From positions 24,956 through 88,955 of the forward strand of contig JAZUNO010000092.1 in the NCBI GenBank assembly GCA_045604185.1: 64,000 nt of DNA. The letters run 5' to 3'. The position numbers and the translations under genes were made by a program. A model generated the notes under the pieces. It searched no databases. It saw nothing but the letters and a program-made list of their open reading frames with translations, and had not been told where the DNA came from. Position 1 is the stretch's first letter. Each line of letters opens with the position of its first letter. Origin of the DNA: Acutalibacteraceae bacterium (GTDB lineage: Bacteria > Bacillota > Clostridia > Oscillospirales > Acutalibacteraceae). Shown piece by piece: positions 9,426 to 19,417 of this stretch.

Positions 9426-10961
9426 TTATCCAAGCGGCAACCAGAAAACAAACTGGGTAAAGTTGTTCTCTTCGCTGTGAACCGTAATCTGTCCGCCATG
9501 CATATCAATTATTGTTTTGACAATATACAGACCCAATCCTGCACCCTTGACATCATAGCTTCTGGATTTATCTGTCTTATAAAACCGCTCGAAAACCCTG
9601 CCGATTTCCTCGGGCGAAATACCTTTTCCGCTGTTTTTTATCGACACTATTGTCTTTTCCGAATCAGCCTTGAGTGCTACCTCAATGTATCCGCCTTTTT
9701 CGGTAAACTTTACAGCATTGTCAATAAGATTGTAAACCACCTGGTTTATCATATCCTCATCGGCATAGATGTTAAGACTCTCAACACTGTCAAGACCGCG
9801 GATTTCAATGCCCTTTTCCTCAATCGCCCGTTCAAAGCCCAGCAATGTTTTGAATATCATGGCCGATATATCAAACTTCTTTGCTTTGATATCAAGCTGG
9901 CCCGCCTCGATTTTTGACATATTGAGCATACTCGTGACAAGGCGTGAAAGTCGCTTGACCTCATCGGAAACAACACCCAGATAGTATTTGCTCTTTTCAC
10001 CGTCTATAGTCCCGTCAAGTATGCCGTCGATGAAACCGCCTATGGTTGTCATCGGAGTTTTAAGCTCGTGCGACACGTTTGCAACAAAATTACGTCTCGA
10101 CGATTCTATGGCGGACAAGGCACTTGCCATAGCATTAAACGCATTCACCAGCTCCTCAACCTCATCCACGTCAGAGCGACGGAGCTTTTTCTGATAAGGA
10201 ACAGATATACGACGGCTGAAGTCTCCGTTTGAATACTGCTTTGCCGCCGCCGACATCTCGCGAAGCGGCTTTGTCATCTGATAAGACAAAATATATGTTG
10301 ACACAAAAGCTATTGCCAAAGCTAAAATTGCCGCAAACAAAAATGTTTTTAGCACGTCTTTTATCGGTTCGTGAAGAGAATCCGTATCCTGTGCCGCAAC
10401 AACAATGCCAACCATCTCTCCCGATGCTATAATCGGCTCAACGCTGATAAAGTGCGAAGATTTATAAACACCGCCCAGAATGCCCGTCGTAGAAAAGCCG
10501 CCTTTTGCCGCACGGGCAAGCACTTCCTCAGGGACGGCATAGCTGCGGTGAACAAGGCAGTCACCCGTATACAAAAGCAGGTCTGGTTGCCAGATTTCCT
10601 TACAGTACAGCACCTTGCCGTTTAAATCGCAAACATATATATCCGCATCAATGGCATTGGACAGCTGGGTTATCGTGCTGCTTATCAGCATCATCGAATA
10701 GTTATCGTCCGTTGTAAAGTAATCCTTTTCAACCAGTCTCGATGAAGTCTGCGCAACGCTTTTCGCATTTTGTGAAAGCAACGTTGTCTTTTCCGTTGAC
10801 CAGTTGCCTGCCGTGAAAGCCGTCAATGCAATGCCGAGTATTGTAAAGCTTACAAATATAATCACCGTTGTTATATAGAAATAACGGTGAAACACTCCCG
10901 ACCGCTTTGTTCTGAGTTCAAACTTCTTGAATTTTAATTTTTTCTTCTGTGGCTTATCCAT
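9426..10961 (-). CDS. sensor histidine kinase (two TM segments, HAMP, HisKA, HATPase)
   Basis: SHELKTPMTTI H-box and GLGLYIVK G-box. The start was chosen at ATG 10961 (MDKPQKKK), just after the response regulator stop; the ORF-track start 11000 overlaps that gene. Confidence 0.85.
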   Translation of the reverse strand: MDKPQKKKLKFKKFELRTKRSGVFHRYFYITTVIIFVSFTILGIALTAFTAGNWSTEKTTLLSQNAKSVAQTSSRLVEKDYFTTDDNYSMMLISSTITQLSNAIDADIYVCDLNGKVLYCKEIWQPDLLLYTGDCLVHRSYAVPEEVLARAAKGGFSTTGILGGVYKSSHFISVEPIIASGEMVGIVVAAQDTDSLHEPIKDVLKTFLFAAILALAIAFVSTYILSYQMTKPLREMSAAAKQYSNGDFSRRISVPYQKKLRRSDVDEVEELVNAFNAMASALSAIESSRRNFVANVSHELKTPMTTIGGFIDGILDGTIDGEKSKYYLGVVSDEVKRLSRLVTSMLNMSKIEAGQLDIKAKKFDISAMIFKTLLGFERAIEEKGIEIRGLDSVESLNIYADEDMINQVVYNLIDNAVKFTEKGGYIEVALKADSEKTIVSIKNSGKGISPEEIGRVFERFYKTDKSRSYDVKGAGLGLYIVKTIIDMHGGQITVHSEENNFTQFVFWLPLG

Positions 10962-10968
10962 TTGAAAA

Positions 10969-11658
10969 TCATCCCTTGGTTTCAAACTTGTAGCCGACAC
11001 TCCAGACTGTCTTTAGCTCCCACTTGTCGGATATTCCCTCAAGCTTTTCACGAAGACGTTTTACATGAACGTCTACTGTACGGGAATCACCGTAATAGTC
11101 AAAGCCCCAGACCTCGTCAAGCAGTTGGTCTCTCGTGAACACTCTGTTGGGATTGCTTGCAAGGTGGAATATAAGTTCAAGCTCTTTGGGAGGTGTATCC
11201 ACACGTTTTGAATCTACCCAGAGTTCGTAGTTTGTAAGATTTATGCGAAGCTTGTCAAACTCAACCTGCTTGATTTCGCTCGATGTGTTGCCCGATGTTC
11301 TTCTGAGAACTGCCTTGACTCTTGCCACTATCTCCTTTGCATCAAAGGGTTTGACAACATAGTCATCAGCACCCACCTCAAGGCCGAGAACCTTATCAAA
11401 AGTTTCGCCCTTTGCGGTGAGCATAATTATAGGCTTATCGGAAAACTTGCGCACTTCACGGCAAACCTGCCAGCCGTCAAGCTTCGGAAGCATGATGTCA
11501 AGCAACATCAAATCAGGCTGCAGGTCGTTAAAAGTCTTAACCGCACTCTCACCGTCATTTACAATGGTTACGGTATATCCGTCCTTTTCAAGATAAAGTC
11601 TGAGAAGTTCACAAATATTAATATCATCGTCAACAACAAGAATCTTTTCGTTTGCCAT
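10969..11658 (-). CDS. OmpR/PhoB-family response regulator (WalR/YycF-like)
   Basis: Receiver domain KILVVDDD...LMLLDIMLP...KPF, followed by a winged-helix C-terminus ending VWSVGYKFE. Confidence 0.9.
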   Translation of the reverse strand: MANEKILVVDDDINICELLRLYLEKDGYTVTIVNDGESAVKTFNDLQPDLMLLDIMLPKLDGWQVCREVRKFSDKPIIMLTAKGETFDKVLGLEVGADDYVVKPFDAKEIVARVKAVLRRTSGNTSSEIKQVEFDKLRINLTNYELWVDSKRVDTPPKELELIFHLASNPNRVFTRDQLLDEVWGFDYYGDSRTVDVHVKRLREKLEGISDKWELKTVWSVGYKFETKG

Positions 11659-11766
11659 ACTAAAACCTCCTTAGAGTGAAACAATCAACCATTGTTTTCT
11701 TAATTATAAAACATTTCAAAACAAATGTTGTGAATAGCACAATAACATTTTGTTACAAAATTTCTT

Positions 11767-12246
11767 TTACTTGCTTTTTATGGAGTTTAAAAGTCCGCCT
11801 TTTTCAATGATATTTTTAATAAACGGCGGGAACGGCTGTGTATTATAGCTCTCGTTTTTACTGATATTCTTAATTATTCCTTTATCAAAATCTATCTCAA
11901 GTTCATCGCCTTGAGATATTCTGTCGCACTCTGCACACTCAAGAATAGGCAGACCGATATTAAGTGCGTTGCGGTAAAATATTCGGGCGAAGCTCTTTGC
12001 GATTACCGCAGAAACACCCGATGCCTTTATAGCTATCGGTGCATGCTCACGCGATGAGCCGCAACCGAAGTTGTATCCTGCAACAATAATATCGCCCTTT
12101 TGAACCTTTCTTACAAACTCGGCATCTATATCCTCCATGCAGTGTAAAGCAAGCTCTTTCTCATCAAAACTGTTGAGATACCTTGCAGGGATTATTACAT
12201 CTGTATCTACATTATCACCGAAAATATATGCTTTAGAACTGTTCAT
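11767..12246 (-). CDS. leuD: 3-isopropylmalate/citramalate dehydratase small subunit
   Basis: 159 aa with the GCGSSREHA motif, short LeuD type. Confidence 0.85.
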   Translation of the reverse strand: MNSSKAYIFGDNVDTDVIIPARYLNSFDEKELALHCMEDIDAEFVRKVQKGDIIVAGYNFGCGSSREHAPIAIKASGVSAVIAKSFARIFYRNALNIGLPILECAECDRISQGDELEIDFDKGIIKNISKNESYNTQPFPPFIKNIIEKGGLLNSIKSK

Positions 12247-12415
12247 AAATTATTCCTCCGGTAGGGTTACGGGAGTTGAAACCCGATACGCCCAAAACTC
12301 AAGATTTCTCGCACTCTCGTGCGTTTTCCGGCTCGTCATACGTCGGCCTTTCAAACCCGAAACGCCAAAAAGCCTTAAAAAGTATTGCTTTCAGGCGTGT
12401 TCGGATTTATTTGTC

Positions 12416-13669
12416 TCACTCTACTGTTATATAACCCTTGATTGCGCTGGCAGCTGCAACGTCGGGGTTAGAAAGAATAACCTCGCTCGTCGGGTCTCCC
12501 ATGCGTCCGACAAAATTACGGTTGGTAGTCGAAATCGCACGTTCACCTGCCGCAAGAACGCCCATATGTCCGCCAAGGCACGGGCCGCACGTCGGCGTGC
12601 TGAACACACCGCCCGCCTCAACAAAAATCTCGGCAAGGCCCTCACGTATACAGTCAAGATATATCTTCTGCGTTGCAGGGATTACTATAAGTCTTACCCC
12701 TTTTGCAACCTTTTTGCCTTTCAAAACCGCTGCAGCACGGCGCATATCTTCCATTCTTCCGTTGGTGCATGAGCCGATACCCGCCTGGTCAATATAAATT
12801 TTTTCCTGAAGTTCATCAACAAACTTAGTGTTTGACGGAAGGTGCGGCAATGCGACAATCGGACGCAGTGCACAAAGGTCTATTTCAATTGTCTTATCAT
12901 ACTTGGCATCCGCATCAGCCTCAAAAACAACGGGCTCACGCTCAGTTCTTCCATTTATATATTCCAATGTCTTTTCGTCAACAGGGAAAATTCCGTTCTT
13001 TGCACCGCACTCTATAGCCATGTTAGCTATTGTAAAACGGTCGTCCATAGAAAGTTTTGCAACTCCCTCACCGCAAAACTCAAGCGAACGGTAAAGTGCA
13101 CCGTCAACACCGATTTTTCCGATAAGGTACAGAATGACATCTTTACCGCTGACATGCTTCGGGAGTTCGCCTTTAAGCACCACTTTAATAGCAGACGGCA
13201 CCTTAAACCATGCAACGCCTCCTGCCATGCCTGCCGCCATGTCGGTAGAGCCGACACCCGTAGAAAAAGCTCCGAGTGCACCGTAAGTGCAGGTATGAGA
13301 ATCCGCACCGATAACGCAGTCGCCGGGAATCACCAGCCCCTGCTCAGGCAAAAGTGCATGTTCTATGCCCATGCTTCCTACATCAAAAAAGTTTTTTATG
13401 TTATACCCACCCGCAAAAGTTCTCACCTTTTTACAGTTGCTTGCAGACTTTATATCCTTATTGGGGGTGAAGTGGTCCATGACAAGGGCAATTTTATCGG
13501 TGTCAAAAACTTTATCAAAACCGAATTTTTCAAACTCCTGTATTGCTACGGGAGCTGTAACATCGTTTCCGAGCACCATGTCGAGCTTTGCACTGATAAG
13601 CTGCCCCTCGCACACACTTTCAAGCCCTGCGTGAGAAGCAAGTATCTTCTGGGTCATGGTCATTGCCAT
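12416..13669 (-). CDS. leuC: 3-isopropylmalate/citramalate dehydratase large subunit
   Basis: Aconitase-family motifs GADSHT, GSCTNGR and CGPCLG. The start was moved to ATG 13669, which follows an AGGAAGTG RBS. Confidence 0.85.
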   Translation of the reverse strand: MAMTMTQKILASHAGLESVCEGQLISAKLDMVLGNDVTAPVAIQEFEKFGFDKVFDTDKIALVMDHFTPNKDIKSASNCKKVRTFAGGYNIKNFFDVGSMGIEHALLPEQGLVIPGDCVIGADSHTCTYGALGAFSTGVGSTDMAAGMAGGVAWFKVPSAIKVVLKGELPKHVSGKDVILYLIGKIGVDGALYRSLEFCGEGVAKLSMDDRFTIANMAIECGAKNGIFPVDEKTLEYINGRTEREPVVFEADADAKYDKTIEIDLCALRPIVALPHLPSNTKFVDELQEKIYIDQAGIGSCTNGRMEDMRRAAAVLKGKKVAKGVRLIVIPATQKIYLDCIREGLAEIFVEAGGVFSTPTCGPCLGGHMGVLAAGERAISTTNRNFVGRMGDPTSEVILSNPDVAAASAIKGYITVE

Positions 13670-13681
13670 AAATATCACTTC

Positions 13682-15268
13682 CTATAAAATTTCCTTAACA
13701 AGTTTATATTCTATCGAGTCAACCAAGGCTATCCAGCTCGCTTCAATAACGTCCTGCGAAACACCTACGGTAGTCCAGATATCGGCACCGTCCGTAGAGG
13801 TTATCAAAACCCGTACGCTTGCTGCCGTTGCATCTTTGGGCTCCATTACGCGAACCTTATAGTCTATAAGTTTCAACTCACCAAGGCACGGATAAAACTC
13901 CTCAAGAGCATCTCTCATAGCCATATCAAGAGCGTTAACGGGACCGTCGCCGTCGGATGCCGCAATCTTTATCTTGCTGTCGACGCTCAGCTTTATTGTA
14001 GCCGTAGCACTGTGGTTATTGTCATACGGCAACTCGTCGAGCACCTTATAGCTTATAAGATTGAAAAAAGGCTTATATTTTCTGACAAGCCTGTGAACTA
14101 TCAGCTCAAACGATGAATCTGCACCCTCAAACTGATAACCCTCATATTCTTTTTGCTTTAATATGTCAAGAATCTCCGAAACCTGCGGAGAGTTGCGGTC
14201 AAAGTCGGGATACAGTTTCTGCAGTTTTTGCAGTACTGCCGCACGACCCGTAACTTCGGACAGCAGAAAACGTCTGCGGTTACCGACTGCTTCAGGGTTG
14301 ATATGCTCAAAAGAACTGTGATTCTTCAAAACCCCGTCTGCGTGCATACCTGCTTTATGTGCAAAAGCACTGCGTCCGACAAACGGCACATTCTTATGCA
14401 ATGTAACGTTAGCTATTGAGGCTATCTTTATAGCTGAAGAGGTAAGCTTTTTCAAATTTTCCTTCGGTATACACTCATAATCGGATTTAATCTGCAGGTT
14501 GGGTATTATCGAAGTAAGGCTGGTATTTCCGCTACGCTCGCCAAAGCCTATAAACGTACCCTGAACATGTCGGGCTCCGTTTTTCACAGCCATCAGAGCA
14601 CACGCAGTTGCCATATCCGAATCGTTATGGGTATGTATACCTATAACCTTATCCGCAAACAGCTCGCAAACCTTTGAAGTCACTTCACCTACAAAGTCCG
14701 GGTATGAACCGCCGTTTGTATCACACAGCACAAGGCAGTCTGCACCGCCTCGCCGTGCAGCTCTCAGGCACTCAATAGCATAATCAGCCCCATCCGACCA
14801 ACCGTCAAAAAAGTGCTCGGCATCAAACATTACATATTTACCATGTGACTTGAAAAAGCGGCAGGTATCCTCAATCATAAGAAGGTTTTCTTCGAGCGTT
14901 GTCTGGAGCACCTCTTCCACGTGCAAAGTGCGACTCTTTCCGACTATTGACACACACGGTGTATCTGCTTTTAGCAATGTCGCACACGACGGGTCATCCT
15001 CAACGGACATACCCTTTCTTCTTGTCGGACCGAAAGCACAAAGTTTCGAATTTTCAAGTTTAAGTCCTGCGGCACGCTCAAAAAACTCCATCTCACGGGG
15101 ATTTGACGCAGGGTTTCCGGCCTCAATTATCGAAACACCTATCTCGTCAAGCGCACGCACTATCTCAAGTCTGTCATTGACAGAGAAAGATATTCCCTCA
15201 CCCTGAGCACCGTCACGCAAGGTGGAGTCAAGCATCTCTATAACTGTTCGGGTACCGTTTTTCTGCAT
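13682..15268 (-). CDS. cimA: (R)-citramalate synthase (2-isopropylmalate synthase family with LeuA-dimer C-terminal domain)
   Basis: MLDSTLRDGAQGEGISFS...IIEAGNPASNP, 528 aa, HTHND motif. Length and N-terminus fit CimA rather than LeuA. Confidence 0.75.
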   Translation of the reverse strand: MQKNGTRTVIEMLDSTLRDGAQGEGISFSVNDRLEIVRALDEIGVSIIEAGNPASNPREMEFFERAAGLKLENSKLCAFGPTRRKGMSVEDDPSCATLLKADTPCVSIVGKSRTLHVEEVLQTTLEENLLMIEDTCRFFKSHGKYVMFDAEHFFDGWSDGADYAIECLRAARRGGADCLVLCDTNGGSYPDFVGEVTSKVCELFADKVIGIHTHNDSDMATACALMAVKNGARHVQGTFIGFGERSGNTSLTSIIPNLQIKSDYECIPKENLKKLTSSAIKIASIANVTLHKNVPFVGRSAFAHKAGMHADGVLKNHSSFEHINPEAVGNRRRFLLSEVTGRAAVLQKLQKLYPDFDRNSPQVSEILDILKQKEYEGYQFEGADSSFELIVHRLVRKYKPFFNLISYKVLDELPYDNNHSATATIKLSVDSKIKIAASDGDGPVNALDMAMRDALEEFYPCLGELKLIDYKVRVMEPKDATAASVRVLITSTDGADIWTTVGVSQDVIEASWIALVDSIEYKLVKEIL

Positions 15269-15285
15269 AAAATCAATCCTTTTTA

Positions 15286-16329
15286 TTACTTTCTGACTGA
15301 AAACTTAAAGCTTGTTCGGCTCCTGAATTCCTCACCTGCGGCATAAATGCAGTTCGGGAAATCGGGTTGATTCGGAGAATCCGGATAGTACTGAGTCTCC
15401 AAGCAGAAACCTGCGTGCTTGCCCATCTTTGTATTACCCTTACCGGGTACATCCTCAAGGAAGTTGCCCGTATAAAGCTGAACACCCGGTAAATCCGTAA
15501 ACATTTCCATATAACGGCCGCTCTCCGGGTCGTATACCGCCGCAGACGCCTCTCCCTCGATATTTTCAAGACAGAAGTTGTGGTCATAGCCGTTCCTGCA
15601 GTTTATAAGCTGTTCATCATCCGCCAAGATGTCTGCTCCGATAGCTTTCATCTCTCTAAAATCAAACGCAGTTCCCGTTACATCCCGTATCTCGCCCGTG
15701 GGAATGCTCGCAGTATCAATGGGAGTGTAGTGCGACGCTCTTATAAACAGCTCCTGTGAAAGCACATCCTTACGGTCAAAACCGCCAAAATTAAAGTATG
15801 CGTGGTTAGTAAGATTTATAGGTGTAGCCTCTGTGCATGAAGCTTTGTAATCTATCGAAAGCTCACTGTCCTCGCTGAGTGTATAAACAACCTCTGCCGT
15901 CATCTCACCGGGGAAGCCGTTTGAGCCGTCGGGGCTAGTATATGAGAGGGCCAAAGCATTGTCGCCCCTTATCTCGGCAGACCATATGGCACGCGAAAAC
16001 TCTCCGCCGCCATGCAAGCAGGTTGTACCGTTCTCGTTCTTTGTAACATTATACTCTTTGCCATTAACCGAAAAGTGACCGCCGCAAATTCTGTTAGCAT
16101 ATCTGCCGACAACAACGCCCTGATAATCAGTCAGTTCAACATGACCCTCAATATCGTCAAAACCGATAAGAACATCTTTAAAATTGCCGTCTCTGTCAGG
16201 AGCAAAAAGTGACTGCCATGTAGCTCCGTATGTAAGAATGTGAGCACTGACGCCGTTTGCGTTTTTAAGCTCATATATGTCAACTTCACGCCCGTCTTTT
16301 AGTGTTCCGAACAGCTTTTTTGTTATCAT
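15286..16329 (-). CDS. galM: aldose 1-epimerase (galactose mutarotase)
   Basis: 347 aa with mutarotase-family features (HGG motif and conserved layout). Confidence 0.8.
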   Translation of the reverse strand: MITKKLFGTLKDGREVDIYELKNANGVSAHILTYGATWQSLFAPDRDGNFKDVLIGFDDIEGHVELTDYQGVVVGRYANRICGGHFSVNGKEYNVTKNENGTTCLHGGGEFSRAIWSAEIRGDNALALSYTSPDGSNGFPGEMTAEVVYTLSEDSELSIDYKASCTEATPINLTNHAYFNFGGFDRKDVLSQELFIRASHYTPIDTASIPTGEIRDVTGTAFDFREMKAIGADILADDEQLINCRNGYDHNFCLENIEGEASAAVYDPESGRYMEMFTDLPGVQLYTGNFLEDVPGKGNTKMGKHAGFCLETQYYPDSPNQPDFPNCIYAAGEEFRSRTSFKFSVRK

Positions 16330-16366
16330 AAAACAACATTCCTCTCATTATACTATTTCAGTTTAA

Positions 16367-16395
16367 ATTATACCTTTTAGTTATACAAGTGTCAA
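16367..16395 (-). promoter_or_regulatory. sigma-A type promoter, TTGACA-17-TATAAT, for galM-cimA-leuCD
   Basis: On the minus strand: TTGACA (16390-16395), a 17-nt spacer, TATAAT (16367-16372). Confidence 0.6.
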
Positions 16396-16575
16396 GAATA
16401 GGCTTGGGTATACCTGAATTACCGACGTGTTTTTTACTCTTTCTAGCTTCGGTGCAATCTAAAACTTGTCTTCAGTTTAAATGTAAAAAAAGTATTAAAA
16501 AATGTGAATTTTTGCTCAATTTTGCAGATTTATGTTATAATCAGAATGTACTTTTAAAGCAAGGAGAATAAAAAA

Positions 16576-18483
16576 ATGAAAAGCAAAGTTTTTAAACGCC
16601 TGACTTGCATACTTGTTGCAGTAACTGTTTTCTTTTCAGCTTTTGCTTCCACAGCTTTCGCGGCAACAAAATGTAATTGCGGCCATACCCCTGTAATTCT
16701 GATATCCGGATTTGGAGCAACAACCCTTGCTCAGGAAAATGAAGACGGCAGTCTTGAACCGATCTTTCCGCCCAGCATGGACCAAATACTTCCGCTCGTC
16801 GGTGAAAATTTAGGCGGTATTATCGGCGGCATAGCAAACCTCATCGGACTCTATGAAGACGGCAACATTGAGCCTCCGCTCAGAGACATAATAACGTCAA
16901 TTGTAGAGCCGTTAGAGATGAATGATGACGGCACATCGTGCCACAACATCGTACCGTATATCAGCGGTGCGAAAAACACAAGTCTTGAAGCTTTCACAAA
17001 AAACGACCAGCTTAATTACATACCCTATACCGGCTCCGAATTCCTTGACATGGAAATTATCGGTGATAAAATCGGTGACGATCATGTTTTCAACTTTCTT
17101 TTTGACTGGCGTTTAAGCCACGCAGAGGTGGCCGCTCAGTTCAGAGATTACATAAAAGATGTTCTCGAACTTACGGGACACGACAAGGTCAGCGTATACA
17201 GCATAAGTCAAGGCAGTCTTGTTCTCGGCCAGTATATGTATGATTATCCCGAGGATGACTACATCAACCGTGCTATATTTGACACTCCCCTGCTTGAGGG
17301 CAGTGACCTTATTACCGACCTCTATTCGGTCGACCCCCTCGTTCTGAACTTTATGACGGCTTTGGAAATAGTCGGCAATATCTTACACACAGAGTTTGAT
17401 TTTTCTTTCCTTATGGATATCATCCCTGTGGACGGTGCAAACTCGGTTGTGGATTACGCACTCGAATCCATGCTTCTGCCATCTGTTATCAACATTCCGG
17501 CTTTCTGGGAGATGTGCTCACCGGAAAGCTATGAGATGCTCAAAGCTATATATCTTGACGAAGATAAAAACGCAGAGCTTATAGAAAAAATAGAGTATGT
17601 CAAAAACGGATTTATGTCCCACATTTCCGAAACTTTTAGAGCTCAGCAGAAAAAAGGTGTAGCTGTGTCAATCAAAGCCTGCGCAGGTGTGCCTCTTGCA
17701 ACCGGCACTAACGAGAACAGCGACGGTATAGTAAACCTCAAATACTCCTGCGGTGCTGTCTGTGCAACGTTCGGTGAGACCTTTAGTGACAACTACACCC
17801 AGGCTGTTAATACCGGCAAAAACAACATCTCTCCTGACAGAACCATAGACCTCTCCACAGGCTATCTTCCTGAACGCACATGGATAGTCAACCGCCACTA
17901 CCACGGACAAGCTGAATGGGATCCGAGAACATACGATCTGCTTATGGAGCTGCTTCTGACAGACAATATCAAAGACGCATATTCGCACTACGAATATCCC
18001 CAGTTCATGGAGTCTATGGCGTCCACAAGTGACGTAATAGTTGTGTTCAAATGTACCAACTCATCATTCCTGCCCACTCTTTCAAGCCGTTCTTTTAAGG
18101 GCAATTCTATCATTGTCAAAAACCTTTCAAACGAGGATAAAATCAGCATTAACAACATAACCGTTGCTGACAACTCACTTGAATTAAACTCAGCGTATCC
18201 GTTCATGCTTGATCCCGGTGAGTCTGTTGAAATAAGCTTTACAGGTGATGTACCGGTTTCAGAAGTATATGACAGCATAAACGTCACATATCGCCGTGCA
18301 ACCCTTACCGCCAGCGAAAAGACACGCTCGTTCGGTTTCACTATTACAGATAATTACAGTGGTGTCGTAGACATTGACTTAACTCCACCATATGTTATCA
18401 CAGCCATTCAATTCACAAATTATATAGTGCAGATATGCAAAACAATTCTTGCAATTATCACAACTGTTACAAGCACACTATAA
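16576..18483 (+). CDS. secreted alpha/beta-hydrolase (lipase/esterase-like) with C-terminal TM anchor
   Basis: Signal peptide ...STAFAATK, then PVILISGFGATTL and the nucleophile-elbow-like SVYSISQGSL. The C-terminal tail is hydrophobic. Confidence 0.55.
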   Translation: MKSKVFKRLTCILVAVTVFFSAFASTAFAATKCNCGHTPVILISGFGATTLAQENEDGSLEPIFPPSMDQILPLVGENLGGIIGGIANLIGLYEDGNIEPPLRDIITSIVEPLEMNDDGTSCHNIVPYISGAKNTSLEAFTKNDQLNYIPYTGSEFLDMEIIGDKIGDDHVFNFLFDWRLSHAEVAAQFRDYIKDVLELTGHDKVSVYSISQGSLVLGQYMYDYPEDDYINRAIFDTPLLEGSDLITDLYSVDPLVLNFMTALEIVGNILHTEFDFSFLMDIIPVDGANSVVDYALESMLLPSVINIPAFWEMCSPESYEMLKAIYLDEDKNAELIEKIEYVKNGFMSHISETFRAQQKKGVAVSIKACAGVPLATGTNENSDGIVNLKYSCGAVCATFGETFSDNYTQAVNTGKNNISPDRTIDLSTGYLPERTWIVNRHYHGQAEWDPRTYDLLMELLLTDNIKDAYSHYEYPQFMESMASTSDVIVVFKCTNSSFLPTLSSRSFKGNSIIVKNLSNEDKISINNITVADNSLELNSAYPFMLDPGESVEISFTGDVPVSEVYDSINVTYRRATLTASEKTRSFGFTITDNYSGVVDIDLTPPYVITAIQFTNYIVQICKTILAIITTVTSTL

Positions 18484-18490
18484 TATAGCA

Positions 18491-18530
18491 AAAAAGGAGT
18501 CCGGATAAAAAACCGGACTCCTTTTATTTT
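18491..18530. terminator. bidirectional intrinsic terminator
   Basis: A-run, AGGAGTCCGG-ATAAAAAA-CCGGACTCCT, then T-run, between convergent genes. Confidence 0.8.
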
Positions 18531-18539
18531 ATAAAGCTA

Positions 18540-19124
18540 TCAAAAATTTATATATCCGAGATGCTCAAGCAATATTTTTGTACCCATGAGCATAAGTATT
18601 AGCCCGCCTGCCAATTCCGCCTTTGTCTTATACTTTTCTCCGAACACGTTTCCTATCTTTACACCGCAAGCTGACAGAGAAAAAGTCGTAACACCTATGA
18701 GTGCCGCCGCAAGCCAGATGTTGACTTTCAAAAACGCAAATGTTATGCCCACAGCCAGAGCATCTATACTTGTCGCAACAGCCAACACAACCATTTTTGT
18801 AAATTTGAGCTCCGCCTTATCGTTTGCTTCAAGCGGACAGTCTGTCTTTTCCTTTTTGAAACTCTCAAAGAACATCTTACCGCCGATAACACCAAGTAAA
18901 ACAAAGGCTATCCAATGGTCAAACCTTGTTATTTTATCCGCAAAGCCCGTTCCGAGAAAATACCCTATAACAGGCATTCCCGCCTGAAAGAGTCCGAAGT
19001 ATCCGCCCACTACCGAGCCTTGTTTCAAGCCTGCTTTCTTTAAACAAACACCCTTGCATATAGCTACGGCAAAAGCATCCATGGAAAGTCCTATCGCGAT
19101 TATAAACAGTTCCGCAAAACCCAT
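18540..19124 (-). CDS. mntP: manganese efflux pump MntP
   Basis: 194 aa, six TM segments, repeated SMDAFAVAI / SIDALAVGI motifs (DUF204/MntP). Confidence 0.9.
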   Translation of the reverse strand: MGFAELFIIAIGLSMDAFAVAICKGVCLKKAGLKQGSVVGGYFGLFQAGMPVIGYFLGTGFADKITRFDHWIAFVLLGVIGGKMFFESFKKEKTDCPLEANDKAELKFTKMVVLAVATSIDALAVGITFAFLKVNIWLAAALIGVTTFSLSACGVKIGNVFGEKYKTKAELAGGLILMLMGTKILLEHLGYINF

Positions 19125-19145
19125 TTTCAGTTATCCCTTCCGTTT

Positions 19146-19290
19146 AAAAATAAAAGACCCACCTGTGCCACCTGCACAGATAAGTCTCATCAATTAAAAC
19201 AAAGCCAGATAAAAATCAGTATGTTGACCTTGTTGCGCCGAAAGCTCCACACATAAAGCCCCCAACGCCGACTACTCCCCTATCACTTCG
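19146..19290 (-). promoter_or_regulatory. yybP-ykoY (Mn2+) riboswitch with intrinsic terminator expression platform
   Basis: The minus strand reads GAUAGGGGAGUAGUCGGCG...GGUCAACAUAC...GAUGAGACUUAUC, containing the conserved GGGGAGUAG and UCAACAUAC segments. It is followed by hairpin 19155-19187 and a U-run, directly upstream of mntP. Confidence 0.8.
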
Positions 19291-19417
19291 GCAGTATATC
19301 GCAGTCCGTCAGGTTTGTCAAGCAAACAATTGATTTTTTAACATTTGACTGATATAATTCTATACCGTTAACGATATGCAAAAAAGCCAATACATATGAA
19401 ACTTTTGGGATGATAAT

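Noticed and set aside
12137-13687. Plus-strand ORFs of 211 aa (12137-12772) and 281 aa (12842-13687), plus several shorter ones
   Set aside because: They are antisense to leuC and leuD, which have clear aconitase-family motifs. They are shadow ORFs.
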